Below are positions 1-9,875 of a DNA stretch of 64,000 nucleotides, piece after piece. Positions within the stretch are counted from its first letter, which is position 1, and each line of letters opens with the position of its first letter. The position numbers were made by a program, and so were the translations under genes. The notes beneath the pieces are model-generated. The model worked only from the letters and a program-made list of their open reading frames with translations. It was not told the origin of the DNA and ran no database searches. The stretch is from an uncultured delta proteobacterium (GTDB lineage Bacteria > Desulfobacterota > Binatia > Binatales > Binataceae), in assembly GCA_963771325.1 (NCBI GenBank), contig CAVYTJ010000004.1, forward strand, positions 28,740-92,739, written 5' to 3'.

Positions 1-734
1 CGAAGAAAAAGCGCAACCTGGGTTACTTGCTGGTCTGGTACTCCGAGCAAAGTTTGGGCCACGGACAAAGGCAAATGGATTACATTGGCATCCACCCCCT
101 CTATACCAGTGCGAAAGATCCCGTGCACCCGCAACAGAGTACTTTGCATCTCTCCCGGAGTTACGTCCTTGACTTTAGTGCCAGGTTGCCGCACTGCCTG
201 CGTCATCAGGACCACTTTCGAACCTATCTTCACCTCGAGTTTGCGAGCCACCTCGGCGCCAATGACTATTCCAGCGGGTTTATCGTCACTCAGATATTTC
301 CCAGCCACCATCCGCTGAGGGATCAACGACACCGCGCGCTCCTCTCGTGGTATGACGCCAATGATAGTCACTCCGGCTGAGTTGGCCGCGGAACTCAGCA
401 GTCCGGTAGCCAGAAGCCGGGGACTCACTCCCAGCAGAACTCGCTTCATGGGTTCGGTCTGCAGGAACTCGTTGATCGTGGACACCACCCGGGCTGGAAG
501 CAGCAACTCCTGCGAGCCGGAGTCCTGGAAGCCCTTGGCCTGGATGACTACATGCCCTGGGCCAAAGCGCACTCCGTTGGCGATCGTCTGCTCGTGGCCG
601 CCGTCGAGCAGGCCCAGGGAGATCAGCAGCAGGGCGAGACCCAAACCCAGGGCCAGGGCGGTCAGCAGGGTACCGCGGGGATTGCGCCAGACATTGCGCC
701 AGCTGACTTTTACCAGCAGCAGAAAGCTTGTCAC
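1..734 (-). CDS. ABC transporter permease, FtsX/LolCE/MacB family (partial, C-terminus beyond window start)
   Basis: Manual minus-strand translation from the GTG at 734 gives VTSFLLLVKVSWRNVWRNPRGTLLTALALGL..., which aligns residue-for-residue with the N-terminus of the adjacent permease (MSGRLFQLAWRNLWRNPRRT...). It starts 2 nt after the upstream stop. The ORF runs off the window edge and is absent from the ORF track because it has no in-window stop. Confidence 0.75.
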   Translation of the reverse strand, partial: MTSFLLLVKVSWRNVWRNPRGTLLTALALGLGLALLLISLGLLDGGHEQTIANGVRFGPGHVVIQAKGFQDSGSQELLLPARVVSTINEFLQTEPMKRVLLGVSPRLLATGLLSSAANSAGVTIIGVIPREERAVSLIPQRMVAGKYLSDDKPAGIVIGAEVARKLEVKIGSKVVLMTQAVRQPGTKVKDVTPGEMQSTLLRVHGIFRTGIEGVDANVIHLPLSVAQTLLGVPDQQVTQVALFL

Positions 735-736
735 CG

Positions 737-1996
737 CTAGACCTTGCGGATCGCTTCCGTCGGCCGAAAATGAGCGGCTCGCCACGCGGGATAGAGCGCG
801 GACACAAGGGCCGTAACGGCCAGCCCCACTGCCGCCTGCGCGTAAGCGGAAAAATCCTGCCGGCCGTACCACAGATGGCCTACCACTACCCCGGCGACAG
901 AAACGACCTCGCCTGTGGCACCGCCCAGGTCGAGCCCATGCTCCTGCAAATACCACAGCAGCGGAGCGCCAATCGCGGCTCCCAGAACCAGACTGGCCGC
1001 GGCCAAACCCGCCGCTTCCGCCATGATAAGACCAATCACCTGAACAGGACGCATCCCCAAGGCCATCAGCATGCCCAACTCACGGGTGCGCTCAAAGACC
1101 GCCATCAGCATGGTGTTCATGATGCCAATGACCGCCAGCAGGAAGAAGATGAAAAAGAGCACAAACGTGACGCCGTGATTGAACTGCACATAATCGGCCA
1201 AGTCCGGCGCCAGCTCGGGCCACGCACTCACTTGAACGGGAAGTGTCTTACTCAGTCGAGTCTGAAGTGCCGCGGCCACCGTCGTAGCCTCTGTAATGTC
1301 GTATAACTTAATACCAACTTCATGGACCCTTCCCGGTGGCAGATGCAGAAGGTCCTGTAGAGAGCTGAGCGGCATCAGCACCAGGTTTCGGTCCATAACA
1401 TCGAGACCAGTGTGAAAAATCCCTTCGACCGTGTACAGGTCATTTCCCATCGAGCCATCGACTGCTTGCGTCAGCAATACGATTTCCGACCCCACCCCGA
1501 CACCAATTACGCTGGCGAGTTTGTCTCCCACCACAACCTTGTTTTGCAGTTTGGTCAGATAGCTTCCTTTTACTATCTGCGTATTCAGGACCGTGATCTT
1601 TGCTTCCTGGTCGGGGACCACCCCCATAAGCGCGACCCCCGCCGAAGAGCCATGCGAAGCGCTTGCCAGGCCATAGCCATAGACCCGCGGAGCCGTGGCG
1701 TAAACCCGGGGGTCGGCGGTGATCGCGCCAAGCAGCGCGCCGAGATCTGTTCCTTTTGCCCCTCCCAGAGTCTTCTGGATAGAACGGTTGGGGTAATAAC
1801 CTGGGGCGTGCACCTGGATCTCGGAGAGCACAAGGCGTGTCCCGTTCTCGATCATCTGCCAGCGCAGGCCCGCCATCAGGCACGCGACAAACAGCAGCAT
1901 CGCATATCCCAGGGCGATGGCGGCCATAGCGATGAACGTACGCCGGGGATTACGCCAGAGATTGCGCCAGGCAAGCTGAAACAGGCGTCCGCTCAT
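737..1996 (-). CDS. ABC transporter permease, FtsX/LolCE/MacB family
   Basis: 419 aa with an N-terminal TM, a large periplasmic domain and a C-terminal FtsX 4-TM bundle (…FVLFFIFFLLAVIGIMNTMLMAVFERTRELGMLMALGMRPVQV…). Its start overlaps the upstream gene's stop as ATGA. Confidence 0.85.
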   Translation of the reverse strand: MSGRLFQLAWRNLWRNPRRTFIAMAAIALGYAMLLFVACLMAGLRWQMIENGTRLVLSEIQVHAPGYYPNRSIQKTLGGAKGTDLGALLGAITADPRVYATAPRVYGYGLASASHGSSAGVALMGVVPDQEAKITVLNTQIVKGSYLTKLQNKVVVGDKLASVIGVGVGSEIVLLTQAVDGSMGNDLYTVEGIFHTGLDVMDRNLVLMPLSSLQDLLHLPPGRVHEVGIKLYDITEATTVAAALQTRLSKTLPVQVSAWPELAPDLADYVQFNHGVTFVLFFIFFLLAVIGIMNTMLMAVFERTRELGMLMALGMRPVQVIGLIMAEAAGLAAASLVLGAAIGAPLLWYLQEHGLDLGGATGEVVSVAGVVVGHLWYGRQDFSAYAQAAVGLAVTALVSALYPAWRAAHFRPTEAIRKV

Positions 1997-2754
1997 CGCT
2001 TCAAATTGGGCAGAGAAAAGGTCTCCGCGCCGATCGGCACATCGAACGCGATATCTTCGTACACGATCGTGCTTTGCTGACCCGGCTTGTCCAGGGATCG
2101 CATGACCAGGCGTGTGGGCATCAGCCTTCCGCCTATTGTTTTGTAGTCGGAAAAGGTCAGGTCCCGGTCCAGCTTCCCATCTTCGTCATAGAAACCCTGC
2201 CATGCAGGCATCAGGTTGGCCTGACGGACCTGCAACACAATTTTTCCCCACACCACCGCAGCGCCAGGTCTGGGTGTCATCGTATATTCATACACCGCGA
2301 CCTCGCCCCGCTTGCCCTCAAAGGAATTCGCCAGGGAATAGTCACGCACCAAGCCGCTTTCCTTTACCAAATCATCAAGAGTGAAATCGCTTCCCATCCA
2401 CGAGGTCATCGTCATCGAAGAAGGAGCCTTGATCGTGCGGTTCACCTTGGGCAGATAGTACCAGACATCGCTGCCTATTTTCAGGATGGCAGTACCCGCA
2501 TCCTTTTGGGGACTGATGATACGAACCAGAGCGTCATCTCCCTGCGTCCAGATCTTCATCGCGAGATCGCGTTGCCCATTTTCTCCGAAGATCTGCATTT
2601 GCAGCGTTGCGATGCTGGACTTGCCGCTGAAAAGCCGAGCCACTCGATCCACCGTCTCACGCGCCAGCCGATCGTCGCTGGCGTGAGAGATATGACCCAG
2701 GCTCAGCAAAAGCAGCCCCACGATCAGCGCACTAATTGTTTTGTGCCATCGCAT
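1993..2754 (-). CDS. LolA-like outer-membrane lipoprotein-sorting/carrier protein (periplasmic partner of the FtsX permeases)
   Basis: Signal peptide MRWHKTISALIVGLLLLSLGHISHA, then a beta-rich domain typical of LolA_like proteins found with MacB-type transporters. The start is taken at the internal ATG at 2754; the longest ORF begins at 2787. Confidence 0.6.
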   Translation of the reverse strand: MRWHKTISALIVGLLLLSLGHISHASDDRLARETVDRVARLFSGKSSIATLQMQIFGENGQRDLAMKIWTQGDDALVRIISPQKDAGTAILKIGSDVWYYLPKVNRTIKAPSSMTMTSWMGSDFTLDDLVKESGLVRDYSLANSFEGKRGEVAVYEYTMTPRPGAAVVWGKIVLQVRQANLMPAWQGFYDEDGKLDRDLTFSDYKTIGGRLMPTRLVMRSLDKPGQQSTIVYEDIAFDVPIGAETFSLPNLKR

Positions 2755-2796
2755 GATAGATCTGCTGCACGGAAGAGAATGAACCAATGATCGCGA

Positions 2797-3795
2797 CTAG
2801 TTGCCGGGATCCGTTCGTAACGTGCCGAACGGCCTCACGCGCTCGGCCGTGAATTCGCGCTTGACCTCGGCCACTTCTTCGAGCGGCGCTCCCATAGCCA
2901 GTCCCATCGGTATCCGAATCAGAAGGTTAAAGGCGCTCACGGCGAGAGAGAGCGCGAAGAGGTCGCTCTTGCCGGCAAACTGGGCAAAGCCTATCGTGAA
3001 GACGAGCTGAGTCGTTCCGATTCCCCCAGGTGAGAATGGTGAATTACCTATCGCCACAATCAACGGCGTCAGAGCCAATACCTGCGCCAGTGGGATCCGG
3101 ATATGAAAGCTGGCTAATTGCCCGTATAGTGCAAAACCTGCCCCCAGACAAATAAGGAACCTGACGGAAAGCAGCTTGATGTAGTGCGAGGGCCGCGCCA
3201 TGCGGAAACTCAACATCGACGGCCGCTCGTAGAGCCATCGGAGCCAATTGCGGCGATTGAGCTGCGCTCCCCACAAGAGCCAAAACGAGGTGATGATACA
3301 GCCTGCGACTAGCACGCCGGCCGCGTAGTCTCGGCCGGGTCGAATCGGTGACGTCGGCAAGAGAACGATCGCGATGAGCGACAACACGGCCAGCAACATG
3401 ACGTCGACGTAGCCCTGGAACATCAAGGTGCATCCACCGGTTATCCAGGGCACCCGCTTGCGCGCGTGGAGGAAAAGCACATACGCGCCGCTTGCGACAT
3501 AAGAGTTGATGAGCTGCAGGAAGTATACGGAGGCCATGGTCGGAAGCAGCTCGCGTGCGCTGGTCGAACCATGAAAATAGCTGAACAGGCGGGAATACAG
3601 GATCGTGTCGCCGACAAACCAGCATAGAAAGCCACCGAGGCTCGCGCCGAGAAAGAGCCAGAGCGTGGCGTGGCTTGAGGCGTCGATGACCCGCGTCCAC
3701 GAAACGTTACGCGCAGCGTAGTAGACGATCGCAGCCATGAACGCGTAGACGGCAAGGCGCTGCATCACTGTCTTGCGCAATGGACTTTCACTCAC
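2797..3795 (-). CDS. flippase-like / lysylphosphatidylglycerol-synthase-TM (UPF0104) family integral membrane protein
   Basis: Polytopic membrane protein (about 8 TM) with a GNSPFSPGGIG motif resembling LPG_synthase_TM. It is the first gene of the minus-strand operon with LolA-like and the FtsX permeases. The start could instead be the internal ATG at 3765. Confidence 0.6.
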   Translation of the reverse strand: MSESPLRKTVMQRLAVYAFMAAIVYYAARNVSWTRVIDASSHATLWLFLGASLGGFLCWFVGDTILYSRLFSYFHGSTSARELLPTMASVYFLQLINSYVASGAYVLFLHARKRVPWITGGCTLMFQGYVDVMLLAVLSLIAIVLLPTSPIRPGRDYAAGVLVAGCIITSFWLLWGAQLNRRNWLRWLYERPSMLSFRMARPSHYIKLLSVRFLICLGAGFALYGQLASFHIRIPLAQVLALTPLIVAIGNSPFSPGGIGTTQLVFTIGFAQFAGKSDLFALSLAVSAFNLLIRIPMGLAMGAPLEEVAEVKREFTAERVRPFGTLRTDPGN

Positions 3796-4822
3796 TCAGA
3801 CACAGGGCGCAACAAACCCGTTGCTGTAGCACTGCAGCCTTGCATCAATTCCGGGACAGACTAATCGGGCCAAAACGACGGCGTGTGGCTTCGCAAAACG
3901 CCAGCACTGTAAGCAACTCTACCGACCGAAATGGCATGGAAGCTCGTCCATCGTCGCCGCCGTTCCCAGGTGAAACGCTGGGCCTTCGGCGACAGTATAG
4001 CTTCGGCGCAAGATCCAGGTGTTGTCGTATGTTGGCCTGGAAGATAGTGCTCTTCTGGCTGGATTTTCGACCATATTTGCCTGAACGTCAGGACATAATC
4101 ATCTTACGCTCGGAAGGCAAAAGGATGAAAGGAAATTATCCTAACGAGGTGAAAAAGGTTCTCTAGAGAACTAAATAAGGAATCTTTCGCGTCAATCTGA
4201 AATGTCTGGAAATAGAACTTGACCCTACTTACTAATCGGCCGACATTGGCGATTAGGCGACCGCTACAGTTTAGTCTCTGGGTAGCAAGGCGAACCGTAG
4301 AGGAAGTTATCGGACCGAATCTTCTGGAGTTTGTCCGTATCAAACCGATCGTCGTGCCGGTCTTGCCCCTTGAACAGTTTCGAGTCGCAGACTCGCTCCC
4401 GGATGACAAGCTCTTGCTACCAATGAGGCCGGACGGCGTGCTGGCTTGCCCGCGCTCGTGTTGCGTTTCGTCACGTATCCGCGCAGGCGGGTCCGTCCTC
4501 TCGAAGATATAGATTCCCGTTGAACAGAATTGGTCGCATAAGCGACTGAGTTGCTGCTGGCACGAAGGTTGCGCCCACACGAACGTGGCGGTAGCTACGT
4601 GGAAGGCGTTTGTTCGAGCGGGGGCTACGACGTTCTTTCGCCTTGGTGTTGAGGGCCTGGCCCTGGGGTGCGAGGCGGTATTATCGGAAGCCGGTACCGG
4701 AGTCTATAATTGTCCCCGCTATTGGTCATACCGTTGCTGCAGTTGGCGGTACTAGGCGCACTGCTCGGCAACAGGTATAAAGGGAGTCCCGTGAGGGCCG
4801 AGGGCGCACTGCGAAAGGGGCA

Positions 4823-6390
4823 ATGCATTACTATCAGTATTTTCGGCTGAAAGGTCCACCGTTCCAACCCGCATCACCTGACGGCGCGGTCTATTTGAGC
4901 CCAACTCATCTCGAGGGTCTCGCGACGCTGGAGTCGGGACTGTCGGGGGATCTGACCGGCTTGACCCTGCTGACCGGCGAAGCCGGGACCGGAAAAACCA
5001 CGCTCATATATTCCCTGCTGCAGCGCGATTTCAAGCGGGTTCGGATCGCGCACATAGAGGATCCCAAGCTCTCGTTCCCGGAAATAATGCGGGTAGTCCT
5101 GACTCATCTGAATCTGTACTCGACCGGATCGACGAAGCTGGATCACCTCGAGGCGCTGGACCGATTTCTGGAGCTTCGCGGCAAGGATGAGCGGATTGCG
5201 CTGGTCGTCGATGAGTCCCAGCTCTTAAGCGATGACGTCTTGGAGGAACTGCGGCTCCTGTCGAATCGCGGTGACCGCCGCCTGCAACTCATCCTGGTGG
5301 GCCATCCTGAACTCGCTGAGCGGTTGAAGAAACCGGAACTGCGCCAATTGAATCAGCGAATTTCCTCGCGCGGGGTACTTAATCCGCTCACCGCAGCGCA
5401 GGCCGCAAAGTACGTCGAGTGCAAACTGAGTGCTCAAGGCAGCAGCAGCGCGGCAATCTTCGACCGTGGCGCTTTGAAACGCCTGCTTCGGCGTAGCGAT
5501 GGAATACCCCGAAAAATCAACATGCTCTGCCATACCGCGATGCAGTCCGCGTATAACGCAGGGGAAAGAAAGGTCAGCTACAAGACCGCGAACAAGACTG
5601 CCGCCGATTATCACGACTCGGTTAAGGTCGCGAAACCGGGATTCGACATGCGGCCTCTGGTGTGGTCCGCGGTGGGTATCGCGCTCGCGGCGCTATTGCT
5701 CTTGGGTTTCGTCCATCCGAACATCTGGTCAGAGTTGAAACTCAACCATACCGGCACGGCGTCGGAACAGACGGTCCGGCCATCCAAGCGAGCCGGCAAG
5801 TTAAACCCATCGAACAGGCCAAGCCCGTCGAGCAGGCCAAGCCAGCCGAGCAACCCAAGCCGGTCGAGCAGGCGAAGCCGATCGAGCAGCCTAAGCCGGT
5901 CGAGCAAACTGGCGTCGAGGATCGTGCGGATTCCGGCGCGAAACCCAACGCCGCCGCTGCTACAGCGCCCGAGCGGCCCGAATTGCGGTCCTCACTTCCT
6001 CCTCTACCGGCCGCACCTCCGGCGTTCAAAAGCGATGTTGCCGGGCCGGCGACGGCCCCGGAAAAGCGCATCGCCTCAACCACTCCTGCCGCGGGCGCCC
6101 AAGCCGCCGCGACTGGGAAACAGACCGGGACGCTCACCACAGGCCCTGAGCGGCGAAGTCAAATTGCTATCACGGATGGTGACACACTCGAGAAAATTGC
6201 CATTCGTTATTTCGGATCGAAGAACGGAGTTAACGAACTCGTCGCGGCGAACCCGCAGCTGACCAACATAAATCAGTTGACTGTCGGACAGATCATTTAC
6301 CTGCCTCCCGGCATCACTCCGAAAGCCTCGCAGGATGAGACCGCAGCCGCACGGTCAGTCCCGGACGCGGACGATTCTTCCGCGCGATAG
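4823..6390 (+). CDS. ExeA/GspA-like AAA ATPase (AAA_22) with a TM helix, Pro/Glu-rich KPxEQ repeat linker and C-terminal LysM domain; apparently frameshifted near 5793
   Basis: N-terminus [33 protein letters not shown]…[11 protein letters not shown] matches the ExeA/GspA family. A TM helix follows ([17 protein letters not shown]). Frame 2 reads sensibly to about 5790, after which frame 1 encodes (AKPxEQ)n and a LysM domain ([16 protein letters not shown]…VGQIIYLP). Restoring one G at ggcaag|ttaaaccc gives AGKVKPIEQ. RBS AAGGGG at 4811. Confidence 0.7.
5795..5905 (+). repeat. 18-nt imperfect tandem repeats encoding (A/Q)KP(I/V/A)EQ x6 within the exeA-like gene
   Basis: Direct reading: aagcccgtcgagcaggcc / aagccagccgagcaaccc / aagccggtcgagcaggcg …. 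Confidence 0.7.
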
Positions 6391-6512
6391 ACGAAGCCGC
6401 CGCACGTGCGGAGCTTCACCTGGCTCCGACGCAAGGTCGGGCCTGTTGTCCTCTGGAACGCGAAGCCCTGACCAGTTTTAATGGACGTTGCACGCTCGCG
6501 GGAGCGGCGATT

Positions 6513-8153
6513 ATGGATGTCAGTCCACTAGCGGGTAAACTCGCCGATCCGTCGATTCTCATCGACGTCTCCAATCTCCTGGCCGCCTATTACACGGGGC
6601 ATCCGGACCCATCCGTGCCCGCGGAGCGCGTGGCGTTCGGGACCTCCGGGCATCGCGGCTGCTCGCTCGACCGCTCCTTCAACGAAGCGCATATCCTCGC
6701 GATAACCCAGGCGATCTGTCTTTACCGCAAACAGCAGGGTATCGACGGGCCGCTTTACATCGGTATCGATACGCACGCGCTCTCGGAACCGGCTTTCAAA
6801 AGTGCACTGGAGGTTCTGGCGGGCAATGGCGTCGACGTGATGGTCGATGCGAGAAATGGCTACACCCCTACTCCGGTGATCTCGCACGCGATCCTTAGCT
6901 ACAACCGGGGCCGCAAGCGCGGCCTCGCCGACGGTATAGTCATCACGCCATCCCATAATCCGCCGCGATTCGGCGGCTTCAAATACGATCCTCCGCATGG
7001 CGGACCCGCGGATACTCAGACCACTGGATGGATCCAGGAGCGGGCCAACGCTCTCATCGCGGAGGGCTTGCGTGCGGTCGTGCGGATGCCGTTCGATCGG
7101 GCGCGCACAGCCTCGACGACCCATCCGCACGACTACCTGAACTTCTACGTGAACGATCTCTCCACCGTGGTGGACATGCAGGCGATAAGCGAGAGCCGCG
7201 TTCACATCGGGGTCGATCCCCTGGGCGGCGCGAGCGTCGCCTACTGGGACGCCATCGGCGATCACTACGGACTCAACCTCGAGGTTGTCAATCACACCGT
7301 CGACCCGACGTTCGGGTTCATGACCGTCGATTGGGATGGCCAAATCCGAATGGACCCTTCATCGGTGTACGCGATGGCGCGGATGGTCGGACTGAAAGAC
7401 CGCTTCGACGTTGCCTTCGCATGCGATCCCGATGCCGACCGCCATGGAATCGTGAGCCACAGCGAGGGATTGCTCGATCCGAACCACTATCTCGCGGTTG
7501 CCATTTCATATCTTTTCGCGAACCGTCCGTTATGGTCCACGGCGGTTGCCGCCGGTAAAACCATCGTCAGCAGCGGCATGATCGATCGGGTGGTCGCGAG
7601 TTTAGACCGCCGTCTGATCGAAGTGCCGGTGGGATTCAAGTGGTTTGTCGAAGGTCTCATCGACGGCAGCGTCGGTTTCTGCGGCGAGGAGAGTTCGGGC
7701 GCGACATTTCTGCGGCGCGACGCAACGGTGTGGACGACGGACAAGGACGGGCTTGTTCCGAACCTGCTTGCCGCGGAGATCACGGCTCGCACCGGCAGCG
7801 ATCCGGGGGAGCATTACCGCAGACTCACGGTCCAGTTCGGCGACCCACAGTACGAGCGCGTGGACGCGCCTGCGACCCCGGAGCAAAAGGCCAGGCTGGA
7901 AAAGCTTTCTCCGGAAGCGGTAAGAGCATCAAATCTCGCGGGCGAGCCGATTACGGGCAAGCTGACCAACGCTCCGGGCAACAACGCCCCGATCGGCGGC
8001 CTTAAAGTGATCGCCACCAGCGGATGGTTCGCCGCGCGCCCGTCCGGAACGGAGAGCATCTACAAAATTTACGCGGAAAGTTTCAAGGACCGCGCGCACC
8101 TCGACGCCATACTTCGCGAAGCCCAGGAGATCGTGGACGGCGCTCTCAGGTGA
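6513..8153 (+). CDS. pgm: phosphoglucomutase, alpha-D-glucose phosphate-specific
   Basis: 546 aa with the active-site motif GTSGHRG. N-terminus …[19 protein letters not shown]…[10 protein letters not shown] is colinear with E. coli Pgm. Mg-loop [10 protein letters not shown]. Confidence 0.9.
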   Translation: MDVSPLAGKLADPSILIDVSNLLAAYYTGHPDPSVPAERVAFGTSGHRGCSLDRSFNEAHILAITQAICLYRKQQGIDGPLYIGIDTHALSEPAFKSALEVLAGNGVDVMVDARNGYTPTPVISHAILSYNRGRKRGLADGIVITPSHNPPRFGGFKYDPPHGGPADTQTTGWIQERANALIAEGLRAVVRMPFDRARTASTTHPHDYLNFYVNDLSTVVDMQAISESRVHIGVDPLGGASVAYWDAIGDHYGLNLEVVNHTVDPTFGFMTVDWDGQIRMDPSSVYAMARMVGLKDRFDVAFACDPDADRHGIVSHSEGLLDPNHYLAVAISYLFANRPLWSTAVAAGKTIVSSGMIDRVVASLDRRLIEVPVGFKWFVEGLIDGSVGFCGEESSGATFLRRDATVWTTDKDGLVPNLLAAEITARTGSDPGEHYRRLTVQFGDPQYERVDAPATPEQKARLEKLSPEAVRASNLAGEPITGKLTNAPGNNAPIGGLKVIATSGWFAARPSGTESIYKIYAESFKDRAHLDAILREAQEIVDGALR

Positions 8154-8175
8154 GATCGTAAAAGCTGCCCGGCTA

Positions 8176-8901
8176 TCACCTCGTCGTCATTTTGCTCTGG
8201 GTCCGGTCGTATTCGTCTCCGGCCTCGCAAATACCCTGGTAGAAAAGCTTCGTCGCGTTGAGCGTGGAAATCAGCCCTGAGAAGATTTCATCACGATCCG
8301 CGTCGTTCTTTACATGCCTAAGAATCGGGCCCCAGACTTCCTGACCCGCGTGTTCTTCGTCGGCTTTGAGATGATAGCTGAAGAAAAACACCTGCTCGTC
8401 GTTGAGGCCGAAGGTTTTTTTCCAAACTTGCGGACGAAAGTTGTTCTCGGGCAGCGTGCTGAGGATAAATTCGTCGGTCGAGGTCGTCAGCCAGCCGACG
8501 ATCCAGTGACGCGTCCGGCACAGATTTTCCCAAACATTGAATGCGGCGTCGACCAGTGGCAGCGCCTTGACGGCATTCATCTCGGCGTCTTTGAGGCCGA
8601 CATTGCGCCCCATCTGCCAGAGAATTGTGGTGTGTCCGGTGCCGATCTCGTCGTCCATCACCAGTTCCTGGCGAATCTGGCCGATCGTCTTTCTGACCAC
8701 TTCAAGGTCGGGGCATCGGCTCATCCACGCGGGCCGCAGGACGGAGCTCAGCAGGCGGTTTCTCAAGATGTGCTGAAGCAGATACAAGCGCCCACGGCCC
8801 GGTGTCAGCGGATCGGAGAACCAGCCGATTTCCTTCCCGCTCTTGAGCGTGTATTCGGCGATATCGTCGATCAGCGTTCTCGCATGTTGATTTTCGCTCA
8901 T
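8176..8901 (-). CDS. heme-oxygenase-like fold protein (TenA/PqqC / iron-containing redox enzyme family candidate)
   Basis: 241 aa, all-alpha, with acidic/His residues spaced as in HO-like diiron enzymes. Family assignment is tentative. ATG at 8901 with an AGGGGA RBS-like sequence upstream. Confidence 0.45.
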   Translation of the reverse strand: MSENQHARTLIDDIAEYTLKSGKEIGWFSDPLTPGRGRLYLLQHILRNRLLSSVLRPAWMSRCPDLEVVRKTIGQIRQELVMDDEIGTGHTTILWQMGRNVGLKDAEMNAVKALPLVDAAFNVWENLCRTRHWIVGWLTTSTDEFILSTLPENNFRPQVWKKTFGLNDEQVFFFSYHLKADEEHAGQEVWGPILRHVKNDADRDEIFSGLISTLNATKLFYQGICEAGDEYDRTQSKMTTR

Positions 8902-8970
8902 TACGATCCCCTGCTTAAACTCGAAGTTTGGATCACGCATTCTACACAGTCGAAATGAAAGACGTCATTG

Positions 8971-9669
8971 TTACGGAAACCGCGATGGCACCGGACGCAG
9001 GAGGTCATCGTCAAACGTCTGGGGAGCGGGGTAAGCTTTCTTGCTATGGGTCAGCCCGAGGTCGAGCAGCGTTTCGCAGAGCTTGAAAGCGACGAGACCG
9101 GGGTTCAGGATCGGCACCTCGAGCCGCTCCTTCAGGTACGTGTGAGACTGATGCATCGTCGTCGATCCGAGAACCAGGGTGTCCGCGCCGTCATGATCTA
9201 TGGCAGCACGGCAAGCTCGTTCCAATTTCTCGAACACGAAGTCCTCTTTTCCCGACAGCAACTCCTGCGCATCGGGCCGCGTGTCGATGTTCCTGACCGA
9301 CGCCAGCGCATGTTGGAGCCCGGTCTCGCGCGCAAGCTTCTCGTAGATCCAATCCCAGCGTTGCCACATCGTAATGACCGAAAATCGTTTTCCGAGCGCA
9401 GCCGCCATCAGGAACGACGCCTGGCCCGGCCCGACCACGGGGATCGCGAGACGCGAGCGCAACGCGGAAACGCCCGAATCGCTCATGGAGTTGATACAAA
9501 CCGCCGCGTACCCCTCGGTTTCAGCGCGGGCGCCGAGGTCGAGGCAGAACGCGTCCGCCAACGTCGCTTCATAGAGCGAATCAAGGATATGAGCGCCGTT
9601 ACGGGTCGCGACGAAGTCGACTTCGATATCGGATCTGATTAGTTCGGCAGGAATCTGCGCGCGAAACAT
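8971..9669 (-). CDS. Asp/Glu/hydantoin racemase family protein
   Basis: Resembles the Asp_Glu_race fold (…AVCINSMSDSGVSALRSRLAIPVVGPGQASFLMAAALGKRFSVIT…LVLGSTTMHQ). The ATG at 9669 is preferred over the TTG at 9705. Confidence 0.7.
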   Translation of the reverse strand: MFRAQIPAELIRSDIEVDFVATRNGAHILDSLYEATLADAFCLDLGARAETEGYAAVCINSMSDSGVSALRSRLAIPVVGPGQASFLMAAALGKRFSVITMWQRWDWIYEKLARETGLQHALASVRNIDTRPDAQELLSGKEDFVFEKLERACRAAIDHDGADTLVLGSTTMHQSHTYLKERLEVPILNPGLVAFKLCETLLDLGLTHSKKAYPAPQTFDDDLLRPVPSRFP

Positions 9670-9875
9670 CGAGAGTGCCGGTCGCCGGAATGGGAACCGG
9701 GACAATCATTTTGATTCGCTTCTTGATGAGTTGGTCCTTGATAAGTTTGTCCTGGACCCGATTCACGTAGGAGCCTCCTTGACGCAGTGGTAGTTCCGCC
9801 CGTGCGGCTCTATCTCCCACGACGCTCGTGGACGGCGGCCGTGCAACGGCAGGGCCGCGGCGGCCGACAATGACG

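Noticed and set aside
3780-4580. ORFs of 97-158 aa in the low-GC spacer
   Set aside because: They have no RBS, Ser/Arg/Cys-rich junk-like sequence, and overlap each other on opposite strands. They are kept only as a note under the spacer finding.
5611-5907. [20 protein letters not shown]… minus-strand ORF
   Set aside because: It is the reverse-complement reading of the KPxEQ repeat region of the exeA-like gene.
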